The notes below the pieces were generated by a model. That model ran no database searches. It saw nothing but the letters and a program-made list of their open reading frames with translations, and was not told where the DNA came from. From assembly GCA_965207075.1 (NCBI GenBank), contig CBDBLO010000002.1, positions 160,001-224,000 of the forward strand: a stretch of DNA of 64,000 bases, in the 5' to 3' direction. Below are positions 47,401 through 57,003 of the stretch, piece by piece (within the stretch, counting starts at the first letter, position 1; every line of letters starts with the position of its first letter). The DNA is from Nitrosopumilus sp. Its GTDB lineage: Archaea; Thermoproteota; Nitrososphaeria; Nitrososphaerales; Nitrosopumilaceae. The position numbers were made by a program, and so were the translations under genes.

Positions 47401-48119
47401 TGATGGACTGCCTGCTGAACTTCTCAAAGGCGTTCCTGTCGGGGAGGATAGGCGGACTGATGGACGCGCCGCTCCTGGTCCAGCCCCTCGTACTGCCCCA
47501 CGAGTCGCAGCCGCAGGCGCACAACCTGGAGGTCGCACGGTCCTTCCCGCTCGAGTTCTTCGAGTCGGCCGCACGCAGGGAAAAGGCCGGCAGCGTCGAC
47601 TCCGTCGAGATCATAAAGTCGAGGCTGGACACGGAGAGGCAGTTTTACGACTATCTATTCACCCACGAGACGTCCACCCTGACCACGTCAAGGTCGCGCA
47701 GCGCGTACTCCGTGCTGGGCTCCATGCTCAACAAGCTTGACCTGCAGCTGAAGAACGCGGAGATGATCAGGGCAGTCAGCCCGGACGAGACTGCCCTGAA
47801 CGTCATAACGACCCACCTGCTGCCGGACATGGCCGGCAACCTGAGGGCGTACGCAAGGCAGGAGTTCCGCTGCACCGAATGCGGCACGCGGTTCAGGCGC
47901 ATCCCGCTGACGCGCAAGTGCGCCCAGTGCGGGGTAAGGCTGACGCCCAACATAACGAGGCCGGGCGTGGAAAAGTACCTGATGCTTGCAAAGAGCCTGG
48001 CCAAAAGGTACGACATCGGGAGCTACAACCGCGGAAGGATAGCCCTGCTTGCCGACGAGATCTCGATGGTCTTCGGCAAGAGCAAGGGGGATCAGCTCAT
48101 GCTCAGCGACTACATGTGA
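44448..48119 (+). CDS. polC: DNA polymerase D large subunit (DP2)
   Basis: TEGV..APLEG, GPMRAAGGT, GFRLRYGR, RIGRPEKA, FKDGTVRFD, PHTS, HSAKRRDADGDAD, Zn fingers. Confidence 0.97.
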   Translation: MAADPPETPAMMTLDDVGYRLQGIEMPEAYRDYYTRLSKETARVLEWASAAKKGSRADSDDVIGPKIAFDLADRVSKMHEIEIAEPLRELLAGNGKELSALLLSRDIALGKYHREGAPLEERIDLAVRVGLAVVTEGVTMAPLEGISAVSIKKNRDGTSYLSVSIAGPMRAAGGTESAVTMLIADHVRKAVGLDRYQAESYDDEPGRFVEELRVYERDGLGFQYHVHDEDIEHTIRNLPVELDGVDTDDFEVVNHRNMTRIKTEKVRGGALRVLNDGLIGRSKKLLKRIELYKLDGWEWLAELKGAVQPGDGSAGGSDSDNAYDDKEDAGAKRMREVLTGRSVLSMPGRPGGFRLRYGRACNTGFAAVGFHPVIAEILDHTIAVGTQVKTDMPGKGASVAFVDSIETPTVRLADGSVVKIRDTEHGIMVKGQIAEILHLGDVLISFGDFIENNAKLEPSGYVGEIWTEELRRLLQREQERGQTPDGPVSGKIRHLEEFLLRDPTVDEAISLSLEFGLALHPRYLHFWDELRPAELGALLEPDAASESEIAYGNAYSDGIVKKALEKAGVPHEFVAADGDGHAGQGGGGPGAAAVRHGKDGPGDNGSDALPAAKNGDFEFVPAPRSPPALGTVLLRGAEAKILYNLLLKRPPRIDAPGATVLDILSGSGIAVRKKSSACIGIRIGRPEKAAARAMSPPTHLLFPVGEGGGSTRDVIKASRASDRFYADLCNRRCPDCGAVTLGLACPDCGTRSVETRRCARCGASTDLEECDRCGRRTVLYANLEFPLRAQLLKAQERMELRAQEPLKGVKGLAGTDKLAEPIEKGLLRQGFGLTVFKDGTVRFDATNSPLTHFKPSWIGTPVQKLRELGYTRDMDGRPLTDPDQLVEMRMQDVIIPYESGRYLLAAAKYVDALLSKFHGAEPYYKARAVEDMAGHLVIGLAPHTSVGIVGRIIGFAETHVCFATPNWHSAKRRDADGDADSIMLLMDCLLNFSKAFLSGRIGGLMDAPLLVQPLVLPHESQPQAHNLEVARSFPLEFFESAARREKAGSVDSVEIIKSRLDTERQFYDYLFTHETSTLTTSRSRSAYSVLGSMLNKLDLQLKNAEMIRAVSPDETALNVITTHLLPDMAGNLRAYARQEFRCTECGTRFRRIPLTRKCAQCGVRLTPNITRPGVEKYLMLAKSLAKRYDIGSYNRGRIALLADEISMVFGKSKGDQLMLSDYM

Positions 48120-48164
48120 GATGCAAACACGCGGCAGCCTGCAAGCTGCCCGTGCGGACGGCAG

Positions 48165-49508
48165 TCACCTGAGCCTGACGTACTCGTAGGCCCCGCGCCG
48201 CGCCCCGTCAGGAAAGCAGAACCTTACGGTCTGGTAGCCCTTTCTGAGCGCCCTTGCCTTTCTGAGTATGCTCTTGGGATCCTTCCCGTTGATTACCACC
48301 TGCCGTATCAGGGACGCGATCTCGGCCATCTCGGCCTCCTTCATGCCGAGCCTCGTCACCTCTGAGACGCCCAGCCTTATGCCCCCCGGACGGAAGTAGT
48401 TGCGCTTTGCCTTGATGTCTCCGGGTATGAGCTGCCTGTTCACTATGATGTTGGCCCTCTCCAGGTCGGCCTCGACCCGCCCGCCGTCCGAGTACTTTAG
48501 GACGTCGAGCGCGATCTGGTGCGACTTGGTAAAGCCCCTCGACTCGCCCAGCACCCTGAACCCCTCGGCGCTCAGGGCCTCTGCCAGGACCTTTGCGTTC
48601 CTTATCACCTGGGCGGCGTATTTTTTGCCGAACTCCAGGGCCTCGGCAAACGCCACGGCCTTGCCTGCCATGTTGTTGATGTGGTGGCTGCTTGTCAGGC
48701 CCGGGAACACCGCCTTTTTTATCGCCTCCTCGTGCTCCGCGGCGCCCAGCACGAGGCCGCCCTGGGGGCCGAACAGGGTCTTGTGCGTGCTCATCGTCAT
48801 GGTGTCCGCCCCCTCCCTGAGGGGGTCCTGGAACTTGGAGCCGGCGATGAGCCCGGCCACGTGGGCCGCGTCGTAGTTTATGTGCATGCCGTACCCCTTT
48901 AGAAAGTCCGCCAGCTCCTTTACGGGGTGTGGAAACAGAAAGAGCGAGCCGCCAAACATTGCTATCTTGGGCCTGCTGCCCTTCGCGGCCCTCTTTGAGG
49001 CGAGCTTCCTGACGCGCCTCTTGGTCTCGTCCACGTCTATCGTCATCTCCTGCGCGTCAAACGGGTAGAACTCTATCTCAAGCCCGTGCACCAGTCCCGC
49101 CGTGCCGGAGTGGTCCCTCTTGCCGTGCGAGATGTGTCCGCCGGCCGGTATCGAGGGCGCAAGCATGGTGTCCCCGGGATCCGAGAATGCAGAGTACACG
49201 GCCAGGTTCGCGACCACGCCCGATATGGGGCGCACGTCTGCAAACTTGGCCCTGAACAGCCTCTTTGCAAGGCCCATGCACTGCACCTCGACCTCGTCTA
49301 TCTTGGTGCATCCGGCATAGACCCGCTCGCCGGGCCAGCCCTCCGCATAGCGGTTTCCAAAGTCGGTTGCGATCGCCTCCCGGACAGCCGGACTCGGGAT
49401 GTTCTCGCTTGCTATGAGTGGAATCGACTCGGCAAACCACTTGTGGTGCTCCTTCAGCCTTGCAAATATCATGTTGTATGAGTCCCGGTTTCTGGACTTG
49501 CCCGCCAT
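48165..49508 (-). CDS. glyA: serine hydroxymethyltransferase
   Basis: LIASEN, YAEG.PG.R.Y.G, GGHISH, DAAH..GLIA, STHKTLFGPQGG. Confidence 0.96.
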   Translation of the reverse strand: MAGKSRNRDSYNMIFARLKEHHKWFAESIPLIASENIPSPAVREAIATDFGNRYAEGWPGERVYAGCTKIDEVEVQCMGLAKRLFRAKFADVRPISGVVANLAVYSAFSDPGDTMLAPSIPAGGHISHGKRDHSGTAGLVHGLEIEFYPFDAQEMTIDVDETKRRVRKLASKRAAKGSRPKIAMFGGSLFLFPHPVKELADFLKGYGMHINYDAAHVAGLIAGSKFQDPLREGADTMTMSTHKTLFGPQGGLVLGAAEHEEAIKKAVFPGLTSSHHINNMAGKAVAFAEALEFGKKYAAQVIRNAKVLAEALSAEGFRVLGESRGFTKSHQIALDVLKYSDGGRVEADLERANIIVNRQLIPGDIKAKRNYFRPGGIRLGVSEVTRLGMKEAEMAEIASLIRQVVINGKDPKSILRKARALRKGYQTVRFCFPDGARRGAYEYVRLR

Positions 49509-49620
49509 GCGGCAACGCGCACGCGTCCCAATTTAAAAACAGCGCTGGCCGTATTTGGGGGGGGGGAGGGGAACCGGGGCGCCGTGACGCCGCCCCTTCG
49601 GTACGGCACGAACGGCGCCA

Positions 49621-51006
49621 CTAGTTTACAGTCACCATAATCTGGGACGGCGGCGACAGCGCGCTGGGTCTTACAAGTGACTCCCACACGAACGCCGTGA
49701 CGTCGTACAGGCCTGCCGCCTCCGGCATCCATGATGTGGAGACGCTCAGTGACTGCCCGGCATCCATGTGCCCCGTCACCCATGACAGGGAGGAGACCGC
49801 GCCGCTCTCGGCGTCCTTGACCACTATGATGTACACGAACTGCTGCTTTCTCTCCTGCTGGTTTGTCAGCTTTGTCGATACCTGCACCTGCTGGCCCTCC
49901 GATATGGAGCTGCCCATGTCGGCGTTGAACCCGTCCGTAATCCTCAGCTCGGACGTCCTTACCCTGTCTAGCGGCGCCACCAGGGCCCCTATCTGCGACG
50001 CGGCCGTGACCGACTGCTCGTCTGCCTCACTGTACGGGTCAGGCAGCGTGTTGTCCTTGTAGCTTGCAGTTACAATGTCGCCCTCTGCCACCTTCAGCCG
50101 GTGCCCGGAGGACCGGTCGTCGGTGGTAAACGTTACGGCGCCCTCAAAGATCCCGGACGACTCGGACTTTTCGGTTACGACAAGCGAGATGCCCCCCGCA
50201 TCGGAGTCCGACCACACGTCGACCTCAAAGCTGTTGATTGCATTCGGATTCAGGTTCATGTCGGGATCAATCACCCTGACAGTCCCGGTTCCGGACGCCG
50301 GGTATGACCGCTCGGACCACTCTATCTGCCCTATGTTCCACCTTATCGGGGCGGTGTCCACTATGGTGTGGCCGTCGGTATACTCGAAGGAGACCGTGAT
50401 TGCGTCGTCGCTTCCGGCCTTGATGTGGCCGCTGGTTGGCCCGTTGCCGCCGGTCTCCCGCTGCGGGTTGTCAAACCCGCGCCCGCCCGCGCCCGTCCGC
50501 GAGTCGCCGTCCGCGTCGTGGTCAAAGCCGATCAGCGTGACCTCTCCGGTGAATATGCCAGTGTTCGGACCCGTCTCGACCAGCTTGTACCTTTCAAGCG
50601 TGCCCTCCCTGGTGGAGATCTTTATCGGGTCGTGCTCGGTATCGCCTATGGTGTCCACTGCCCTCGAGTCAAAGTTGTGGTCGGGCGCCACTATGGTTAT
50701 GTGGACCGTGTCGGTCCAGCTGAACACCTTTTTTCCAAACGAGACAAAGCCGCCATACTCGCCGTCGTGGGTGGCCGCAGAGGCGGACTGCACGTAGGCA
50801 TCATCATGGCCGTGCCCGGCCGGGGCCTGCAGGTACTGCCCCGCGTTCCGGTCCGCGCCGGGCGGTTCGAAGGGCAGGGACGGCGCCAGCAAAAGAAGCA
50901 GGGCCGCCGCGGCGAGGAACGGGGCCGCCGTCTTGGGCCGGACGCCGCGGCGCTCTTGCCGCCACCGCCCTAGTCCTGTGCAGCCGTGCAAGAGCCTCTC
51001 TGGCAT
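49621..51006 (-). CDS. exported S-layer-like protein of thaumarchaeal type
   Basis: Signal peptide, repeated ETG.NTGIFTG / ES.SGIFEG and DPD.N motifs, C-terminal FVWES...PSALS; start uncertain. Confidence 0.7.
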   Translation of the reverse strand: MPERLLHGCTGLGRWRQERRGVRPKTAAPFLAAAALLLLLAPSLPFEPPGADRNAGQYLQAPAGHGHDDAYVQSASAATHDGEYGGFVSFGKKVFSWTDTVHITIVAPDHNFDSRAVDTIGDTEHDPIKISTREGTLERYKLVETGPNTGIFTGEVTLIGFDHDADGDSRTGAGGRGFDNPQRETGGNGPTSGHIKAGSDDAITVSFEYTDGHTIVDTAPIRWNIGQIEWSERSYPASGTGTVRVIDPDMNLNPNAINSFEVDVWSDSDAGGISLVVTEKSESSGIFEGAVTFTTDDRSSGHRLKVAEGDIVTASYKDNTLPDPYSEADEQSVTAASQIGALVAPLDRVRTSELRITDGFNADMGSSISEGQQVQVSTKLTNQQERKQQFVYIIVVKDAESGAVSSLSWVTGHMDAGQSLSVSTSWMPEAAGLYDVTAFVWESLVRPSALSPPSQIMVTVN

Positions 51007-51191
51007 GACATACCACTGATTACTAATCAAATAACCCTTTCATTGCGCGCAGTCTTTTGCCGTGCCGCATCTGCCGCACGGCAACGCTCCGTACCGCGTG
51101 ATGCTTGGGGGAAAAGGGAGGACACCTCTTGTACGGGACGCCCGCGTTCCGGGCAAGAAAGTTCATATACAATCCGAGGCTAGCGCGGGAC

Positions 51192-51389
51192 ATGGCATCA
51201 AGGGAGATTACGGTGGGCGTGGGCATCCCCATGATTGTGGTGGGCGCGCTCATGGCCTTTCTGTGGGCGCCGTTCGAGACGGACAGCTACCAGCCGCAGA
51301 TCGAGCTGGTGGGCAGCACCATAGGAATACTCGGAATCGCCTTTTTCATCGCGGGACTCTTCTACACAAAGGAGCCCGTCATGCACTGA
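51192..51389 (+). CDS. small two-TM membrane protein
   Basis: Two hydrophobic helices; TATA-like site upstream. Confidence 0.7.
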   Translation: MASREITVGVGIPMIVVGALMAFLWAPFETDSYQPQIELVGSTIGILGIAFFIAGLFYTKEPVMH

Positions 51390-51424
51390 CTGAAATAAAT
51401 AATCACCAGTGCTAACACCGTTGC

Positions 51425-52183
51425 TTGAAGGTCAGACTATCTGAGGTATTTACGTCAGTCGAGGGCGAGGGCATCCTGTACGGCACCAAGACCCTCTTCG
51501 TGCGGCTGGCCGGATGCCCGTTTACGTGCTTTTACTGCGACACGCCCGAGTCCCTCCCGCTTGACTCTGGAACCGAGTATTCCATTGAGGAGGCCGCCGG
51601 GCTGATCGACGACTCGCTGCAGGATCACACGTACAAGGTCAACTTTACCGGGGGAGACCCGCTCATGCAGCACGAGGCCGTCGCGCTGCTTGCAGGACAC
51701 GTGCATGCTCACGCGCGCGGGGTGCTGACGTATCTGGAGTCGTCGTGCTTTGATGCGGAACGCTTTGCGCACGTGCTGCCGCACATCGACGTTGCAAAGG
51801 TCGAGTTCAAGACGACCGACTCTGAGTTTGTCGACGCCGGACACCATGACAGGATGACGGGGCAGGCCCTCCTGTGCCTTGAGCGTGCAGTCTCCGCCCG
51901 CAAGACCACGTACGTCAAGATCGTGGTCAGTTCAAGGACCGCCGTGCAGGAGATACTAGGTTTGGCGTCTGCCATACGTGACGTCCTGCAGAGGGGCCGG
52001 GAGTCGTCGGGGCGGCAGGAGGACGGCCGTGACGGCGCCATGTCGGGGTTCGTAATACAGCCCGCATACGGCCGTGACGAGCCGCCGCTTGGCCTCCTGC
52101 TGTCAATGTATGACGCGGTGCGCCCCATCCACCCCGATGTCCGCGTGGTTCCACAGCTTCACAAGCTGATCGGGGCCCCCTGA
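51425..52183 (+). CDS. queE: 7-carboxy-7-deazaguanine synthase (radical SAM)
   Basis: EVFTSVEGEG, FVRLAGCPFTCFYCDT, FTGGDP, PQLHK. Confidence 0.93.
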   Translation: MKVRLSEVFTSVEGEGILYGTKTLFVRLAGCPFTCFYCDTPESLPLDSGTEYSIEEAAGLIDDSLQDHTYKVNFTGGDPLMQHEAVALLAGHVHAHARGVLTYLESSCFDAERFAHVLPHIDVAKVEFKTTDSEFVDAGHHDRMTGQALLCLERAVSARKTTYVKIVVSSRTAVQEILGLASAIRDVLQRGRESSGRQEDGRDGAMSGFVIQPAYGRDEPPLGLLLSMYDAVRPIHPDVRVVPQLHKLIGAP

Positions 52184-52248
52184 GGCGGCGGCAGGCCGCA
52201 AACTAAGTACATATACACCCGCATCCGTTCCAGATCAGGCTGCAGGGA

Positions 52249-52809
52249 ATGGACGAGGAACGCGTAAGAAAGCTGATCAGGGAGATCATCATAGAACTCG
52301 GCGAGGATCCCACGCGGGAGGGCCTGCGCGAGACGCCGACAAGAATAGCCAGCATGTACAGGGAGATATTCGGCGGGTACGAGTCGGACTCGGAGCTCTC
52401 CGTGCAGTTCTCAGAGGACTCCGACACGGTGGTGGCCTGCGACATACAGTTCTATTCCATGTGCGAGCACCACATGCTTCCGTTCTACGGCAAGATACAC
52501 ATAGCCTACTCCCCAAACGGCAGGGTCTTTGGCATATCAAAACTCGTCAGGCTCGTCGAGAAATACTCCAAGAGGCTCCAGATACAGGAGCGCCTGACCA
52601 AGGACATCGCCGATGAGCTGTACTCCCAAGGCGTCCGCGGCGTCGCCGTCGTGGCCGACGCGGAGCACCTGTGCATGAAGATGCGCGGCGTCCGGAACGA
52701 CGCGCTGCTGACGTCGTCCGCGTTCCGCGGCATATACGCGGCAAAGGGCGAGAGGGAGGGGGTAATAACCCTCATACGCAGAAAGGCGCCAGAGCGGCAC
52801 CAGTTCTGA
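52249..52809 (+). CDS. folE: GTP cyclohydrolase I
   Basis: REGL.ETP.R, CEHHMLPF, GISKL.R, RLQIQERLT, HLCM.MRG. Confidence 0.96.
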   Translation: MDEERVRKLIREIIIELGEDPTREGLRETPTRIASMYREIFGGYESDSELSVQFSEDSDTVVACDIQFYSMCEHHMLPFYGKIHIAYSPNGRVFGISKLVRLVEKYSKRLQIQERLTKDIADELYSQGVRGVAVVADAEHLCMKMRGVRNDALLTSSAFRGIYAAKGEREGVITLIRRKAPERHQF

Positions 52810-52913
52810 GCGCGCCGCGGCTACGGCGCCCTGATGGCGGGGGCAGACAACTGATATCGCCTTGCAAGACCTACACGTGCGGCTTGTACCACAAGGCCGC
52901 CGGGCCGAAGAAG

Positions 52914-53879
52914 CTAGGCCGGTTCGGCCCGCGCGAGCTCGGACTCTACCCTCTTTTCGGCCGCCGCCGCGTACTCACTGTTGATGTCAACTGATACAAA
53001 GTGCCTGTTTGTCCGTATGGCGGCCACTGCCGCCGTCCCGGATCCGCCGAACGGGTCTAGCACGACGTCCCCCTCGAAGGTGTAGAGCTGTATGCACCGG
53101 CGCGGCAGCTCCACCGGGAACGGCGCCGGGTGGTTCACCTTTTTTGCCCTCTCGGGGCCAAAGCTCCACACGCTCTTCGTATATTCCAGAAACTCGTCCC
53201 TCGTTATCGTGCTTTTTCTCTTGCCGTCCCCGCGCCTGTCAAACCTTCCCTTGGAGAATATCAGTATGTACTCGTGCGTGTCACGCAGGGTCGGATTGCT
53301 TGCCGACATCCAGCTGCCCCACGCGGTGGACGTCCCGGCCCCCCTGCCCTTGTCCCAGATGACCTCGCCGCGCATGAGAAACTGGTTTTTTAGCATCAGC
53401 GTTATGATGTGCGAGTGGAGCGGGACGTACGGCCTGCGCCCCACGTTTGCAATGTTGACGCACGCCCTTCCGCCCAGCACCAGCACCCTGTACGTCTCGG
53501 CAAACACGCGGTCAAGCATCCCGAGGTACTGGTCCATGTCCATGTCGGCGTCATAGTCCTTGCCCACGTTGTAGGGCGGGGACGTCACCATGAGGTGCAC
53601 GCTTGAGTCCGGAATTTTTGTTAGGCTGGTGCTGTCGCCGCACATGACCGTGTCCCTGCACGCGCCGATGTCGTTCTCACGCGCCGCCTGGGCGCCGCCG
53701 TTGCCGCCATCGCCAGCACTGCCGCCCCCGCCTGAGAACATCCTCCTTGCGTAAAACCCCCCAGAGTCGTGGTTTACCCTCTCCGTTCCGCCAAAGCCCC
53801 TCATCGCGGTCTTTCTTGGCGGGCGCCCCTTGCCCTTCCTCCCCGCTGCTGCTGTCGTCCGCTGTCTGTCACCTGGCAT
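52914..53879 (-). CDS. orphan beta-class DNA methyltransferase (N4-cytosine/N6-adenine)
   Basis: TSPPY (motif IV) precedes VLDPFGGSGT (motif I); HPAPFP. Confidence 0.92.
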   Translation of the reverse strand: MPGDRQRTTAAAGRKGKGRPPRKTAMRGFGGTERVNHDSGGFYARRMFSGGGGSAGDGGNGGAQAARENDIGACRDTVMCGDSTSLTKIPDSSVHLMVTSPPYNVGKDYDADMDMDQYLGMLDRVFAETYRVLVLGGRACVNIANVGRRPYVPLHSHIITLMLKNQFLMRGEVIWDKGRGAGTSTAWGSWMSASNPTLRDTHEYILIFSKGRFDRRGDGKRKSTITRDEFLEYTKSVWSFGPERAKKVNHPAPFPVELPRRCIQLYTFEGDVVLDPFGGSGTAAVAAIRTNRHFVSVDINSEYAAAAEKRVESELARAEPA

Positions 53880-54005
53880 GTCAACTGTCTCCGGCCATCA
53901 TCTTGTCGCCCCGGGCCTTAATGTACTCTCTTCGCCGCCGCCTGCCAGGGCACGTCCCCCCGTCTGAAACTTAATCATTAAATAATCAGGCCAGGGAGCA
54001 CCCCC

Positions 54006-54257
54006 ATGACCCTGCCTCCAAGTGCGCACGTACCCCGCGAGTCGTGGCCGAACTGGATATGGTACTCGATTGAGTTTGGCATAGTGCTGGCGGCCTCCAT
54101 GCTGGTGTCCCGCGAGATCACCGACTCCGTCGAGGAGCTGGCGCCCGACGTACAGAACTACCTCTTCATGGGGATAGTGGGCCTGATATTCCTGGCCTGG
54201 TATATCGGGATAAGGGGGCTCGTGCTCAAAAAGAAGATCCTGCGGAACACCTACTAG
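54006..54257 (+). CDS. small two-TM membrane protein
   Basis: Two hydrophobic helices; TTAAATAA upstream. Confidence 0.7.
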   Translation: MTLPPSAHVPRESWPNWIWYSIEFGIVLAASMLVSREITDSVEELAPDVQNYLFMGIVGLIFLAWYIGIRGLVLKKKILRNTY

Positions 54258-54294
54258 GGATACGCCCCTCCCGTCGTCCCTTCCGCCATGTGAG

Positions 54295-55047
54295 TTAGCT
54301 GCCTTGGTACGCCGTCTTGTCCGCGATGCCGGCGTCCGCAAAGGCGCGCCTGCGGTTCATGCAGGACTCGCACCTGCCGCACTGCCGCCTTCTGCCCGCG
54401 TAGCAGCTCCACGTCTCGTATATGCGGTCCCCGAGCGCGTCGGCCCCCAGCCTTACCAGTTCCCTCTTCCCAATCCCCGCCGAATACGGGGACCATATCT
54501 CTATCTCGCGCCGCACGCCCAGCCTTATCCCGTCCGACTCGCCGGCGTTGAACGCGGCCTGGAGCCTTCGGGCAAACGGGGGCCTGCAGTCCGGATAGTG
54601 CGCGTCGCCGGTATGGGCTCCGTACGCGACGCGCGTAGCCCCGACCGAGAACGCCCACGCGGACGCGATCGAGAGAAAGACCGCGTTTCTGATCGGCACC
54701 ACGATAGAGTACTCGAAGGAGCCCGGCAGCTTGCTCTTTGAGCTCGTCAGGACGTTCGAGTCGCCGTACAGCCCCCTCATAAAGCCGATGTCGACTATCC
54801 TGTGCCGCTTGAGCCGCAGCCTCCTTGCCAGCCTCCTGGCCGCGTCCAGCTCGGGGCCCGCCCTCTGGCCGTACGAGAACGTTATGCCGTACACCTCGTC
54901 GTACTCGGCCGCCTGCATCGAGGCCACACACGTCGAGTCGATCCCGCCGCTGAACACCACGACAGCCCTTCTTGGCGGGTGGCCCTTGGTACCGCCACTC
55001 CCCTTCTGGGCGCCCGCGCCCCTCTTTTTCGCCTTCACGCGCACCAC
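54295..55047 (-). CDS. queC: 7-cyano-7-deazaguanine synthase
   Basis: FSGGIDS, YGQR, VPIRN, YPDCR, TWSCY....CGRCESC..R; start approximate. Confidence 0.95.
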   Translation of the reverse strand: MVRVKAKKRGAGAQKGSGGTKGHPPRRAVVVFSGGIDSTCVASMQAAEYDEVYGITFSYGQRAGPELDAARRLARRLRLKRHRIVDIGFMRGLYGDSNVLTSSKSKLPGSFEYSIVVPIRNAVFLSIASAWAFSVGATRVAYGAHTGDAHYPDCRPPFARRLQAAFNAGESDGIRLGVRREIEIWSPYSAGIGKRELVRLGADALGDRIYETWSCYAGRRRQCGRCESCMNRRRAFADAGIADKTAYQGS

Positions 55048-55055
55048 GCCGCCAC

Positions 55056-56075
55056 CTAGGACACTATCCTCGCCCTTCCTGCGGGCCTGCAGACAACGGT
55101 CCTGCACGGGACGCCCGCGGACCTGAACCCGGCCGACATCGCGGCCGTTATCTTCTGCTGCGTCCTGGGCGCGCCGGTCGTTATCGATATGACGGAGGGG
55201 CCCGCCCCGCTTATCATCACCTCCTTTGCGCCCGCCCCGAGCGCGGCCTCCCTGACGCGGTCAAAGCCCGGTATCATGTGCTTTCTTGCGGGCTCCGCTA
55301 TCGCGTCCGCCGTGATCCCGGAGCCGAGCATGCTGTTGTCCCCCGTCGCCAGGGACGCCGCAAGCAGCGCCGCGTTTGCCGTGTTGATTGCGCTGTCCCC
55401 GAGCGGCACCTTCCTGGGGAGCACTCCCCTTGAGACGGCCGTCTTTTTGTCCGGGACCCTTATTGTGGGGATTGCCACACAAAACCGCAGCCTCGGGGAC
55501 GGCCTGAATCCGGCCAGCGCCATGGGACTGCCGGGCCTGACCACCACGAACCCGCCCATGACCGAGGCCGCCACGTTGTCGTAGTGTACGGTGCCCGCGC
55601 TCGCCCTCTCGCCCTCGCCGGCCGCGGCCACGAGCTCGGCAGGGGACAAACCCAGGCCGAACAGGCTGTCGCACGCGACCGCGGCGGCCGCGGCCGACGT
55701 CGCGCTGCTTCCAAGCCCCAGCCCCGTGGGGACGCCCTTCCTGATTGCTATCTTGATGTCGTCGGTTATGCCGCGCCCCCTGAGCATGTGCCTTGCCACC
55801 AGCCCCGCCGTGTTCGAGTCGGGGTCCGCAGGCGGCAGGACCGCGCCCCTGCCTTGGCCCCCCCTCCTGGAGCCCGTGCTTGTAATGGATATCCTGCCTG
55901 CCCCCGAGTTCCGCCCCGCTATGGATACTGAGACCTCGTCGTAAAACGCGTCGAGCGCAAGCCCGAACGCGTCAAAGCCGGGGCCCAGGTTTGCCGAGCT
56001 GCAGTACGCCCTCGCCTTCTTCCGCGTCCCCTTCGCGGCGCGCGGGGCCCTTGTGGTGGCGCCCAAGCCGTTCAC
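55056..56075 (-). CDS. thrB: homoserine kinase
   Basis: SSANLGPGFD, P.GLGLGSSA, HYDNV, ISGAGPS. Confidence 0.95.
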   Translation of the reverse strand: MNGLGATTRAPRAAKGTRKKARAYCSSANLGPGFDAFGLALDAFYDEVSVSIAGRNSGAGRISITSTGSRRGGQGRGAVLPPADPDSNTAGLVARHMLRGRGITDDIKIAIRKGVPTGLGLGSSATSAAAAAVACDSLFGLGLSPAELVAAAGEGERASAGTVHYDNVAASVMGGFVVVRPGSPMALAGFRPSPRLRFCVAIPTIRVPDKKTAVSRGVLPRKVPLGDSAINTANAALLAASLATGDNSMLGSGITADAIAEPARKHMIPGFDRVREAALGAGAKEVMISGAGPSVISITTGAPRTQQKITAAMSAGFRSAGVPCRTVVCRPAGRARIVS

Positions 56076-56141
56076 CTCTCCGCCGCCGCCGCCGCCGCCC
56101 CGCCGCGTGCCGGAGGCCGTGACCTTGCTGCCGCTATCATG

Positions 56142-56900
56142 TCAGTCCTCCACCTCCTCTCCTCTGTTAAGTATTCTGCTGAGCGCCCCCTCCAGGGTTA
56201 CCAGCCCGTCGCCGGTCACGTTAGACACCGGGACAAGCCCCTGCGCAAACCCGCCTATGTTGAGCCCGCGCAGTATGCTGCTGGTAAGCGTGTACGTCTC
56301 GCCGTCGGACTCGGCCGCGACCGCGTCCTCAAGAGAGCTGAGGCTGGAGGACCACCTGAGTATCTCCCTGATCTTTGGGCCTATCAGGTCCGTCTTGGTG
56401 ACCGCGTTTATGGCGGGCAGCCCGAGCCGCAGCCTTATGGAGGTGGAGAGCAGGGCTATTGACACAAAGTTGACCGGCGTGGTGATCAGGGCGCCGTCAA
56501 ACAAAAAGATGCTAGTCTTCTCCCCCGCCGATATGTTGTCGACCACGTACCCCCCGCTTGAGCGGTACGCGAACAGCTCGACTTGGCCCGGCGTGTCCAC
56601 TATGAGATAGTCCGGGTTCACGTCGTCGACCTGCGCCCGTATGTCGTCCACCTTGGAGGCTATCAGGTCGCTTGCCATTATCAGCGAGCCGTTGGGCCCC
56701 AGGTCGTACTGCCGCATTATGGACACCAGGTCGACGTGGTCCCTGACGTCTATGTCGCACGCGTAGGGCAGGCTCTCGACGCCCGCGTCCAGGTTCAGGA
56801 TGGCCGCAAACGCGCCGTTTCTCGTATAGTATTCGTGCAGCTTCGAGGTGAGGAGGGACTTGCCGCTTCCGGCGGTCCCGGATATAAAGACGGACTTCAA
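56142..56900 (-). CDS. GPN-loop GTPase
   Basis: GTAGSGKS, LGPNG, DTPGQVE, TKTD. Confidence 0.93.
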   Translation of the reverse strand: MKSVFISGTAGSGKSLLTSKLHEYYTRNGAFAAILNLDAGVESLPYACDIDVRDHVDLVSIMRQYDLGPNGSLIMASDLIASKVDDIRAQVDDVNPDYLIVDTPGQVELFAYRSSGGYVVDNISAGEKTSIFLFDGALITTPVNFVSIALLSTSIRLRLGLPAINAVTKTDLIGPKIREILRWSSSLSSLEDAVAAESDGETYTLTSSILRGLNIGGFAQGLVPVSNVTGDGLVTLEGALSRILNRGEEVED

Positions 56901-57003
56901 CTGGACGGCCGTGCCTGCCGCCCTTTATTCAAAGCTTGCAGGGCCGCCGCCCGTGCCTGCGTAATAATTTAGTTCATATTTTCCATTTCTGGGGTTTTTT
57001 GCA

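Noticed and set aside
44448-48119. Intein in DP2
   Set aside because: The insert is short and low-complexity, with no Cys...His-Asn splice junctions or LAGLIDADG motifs
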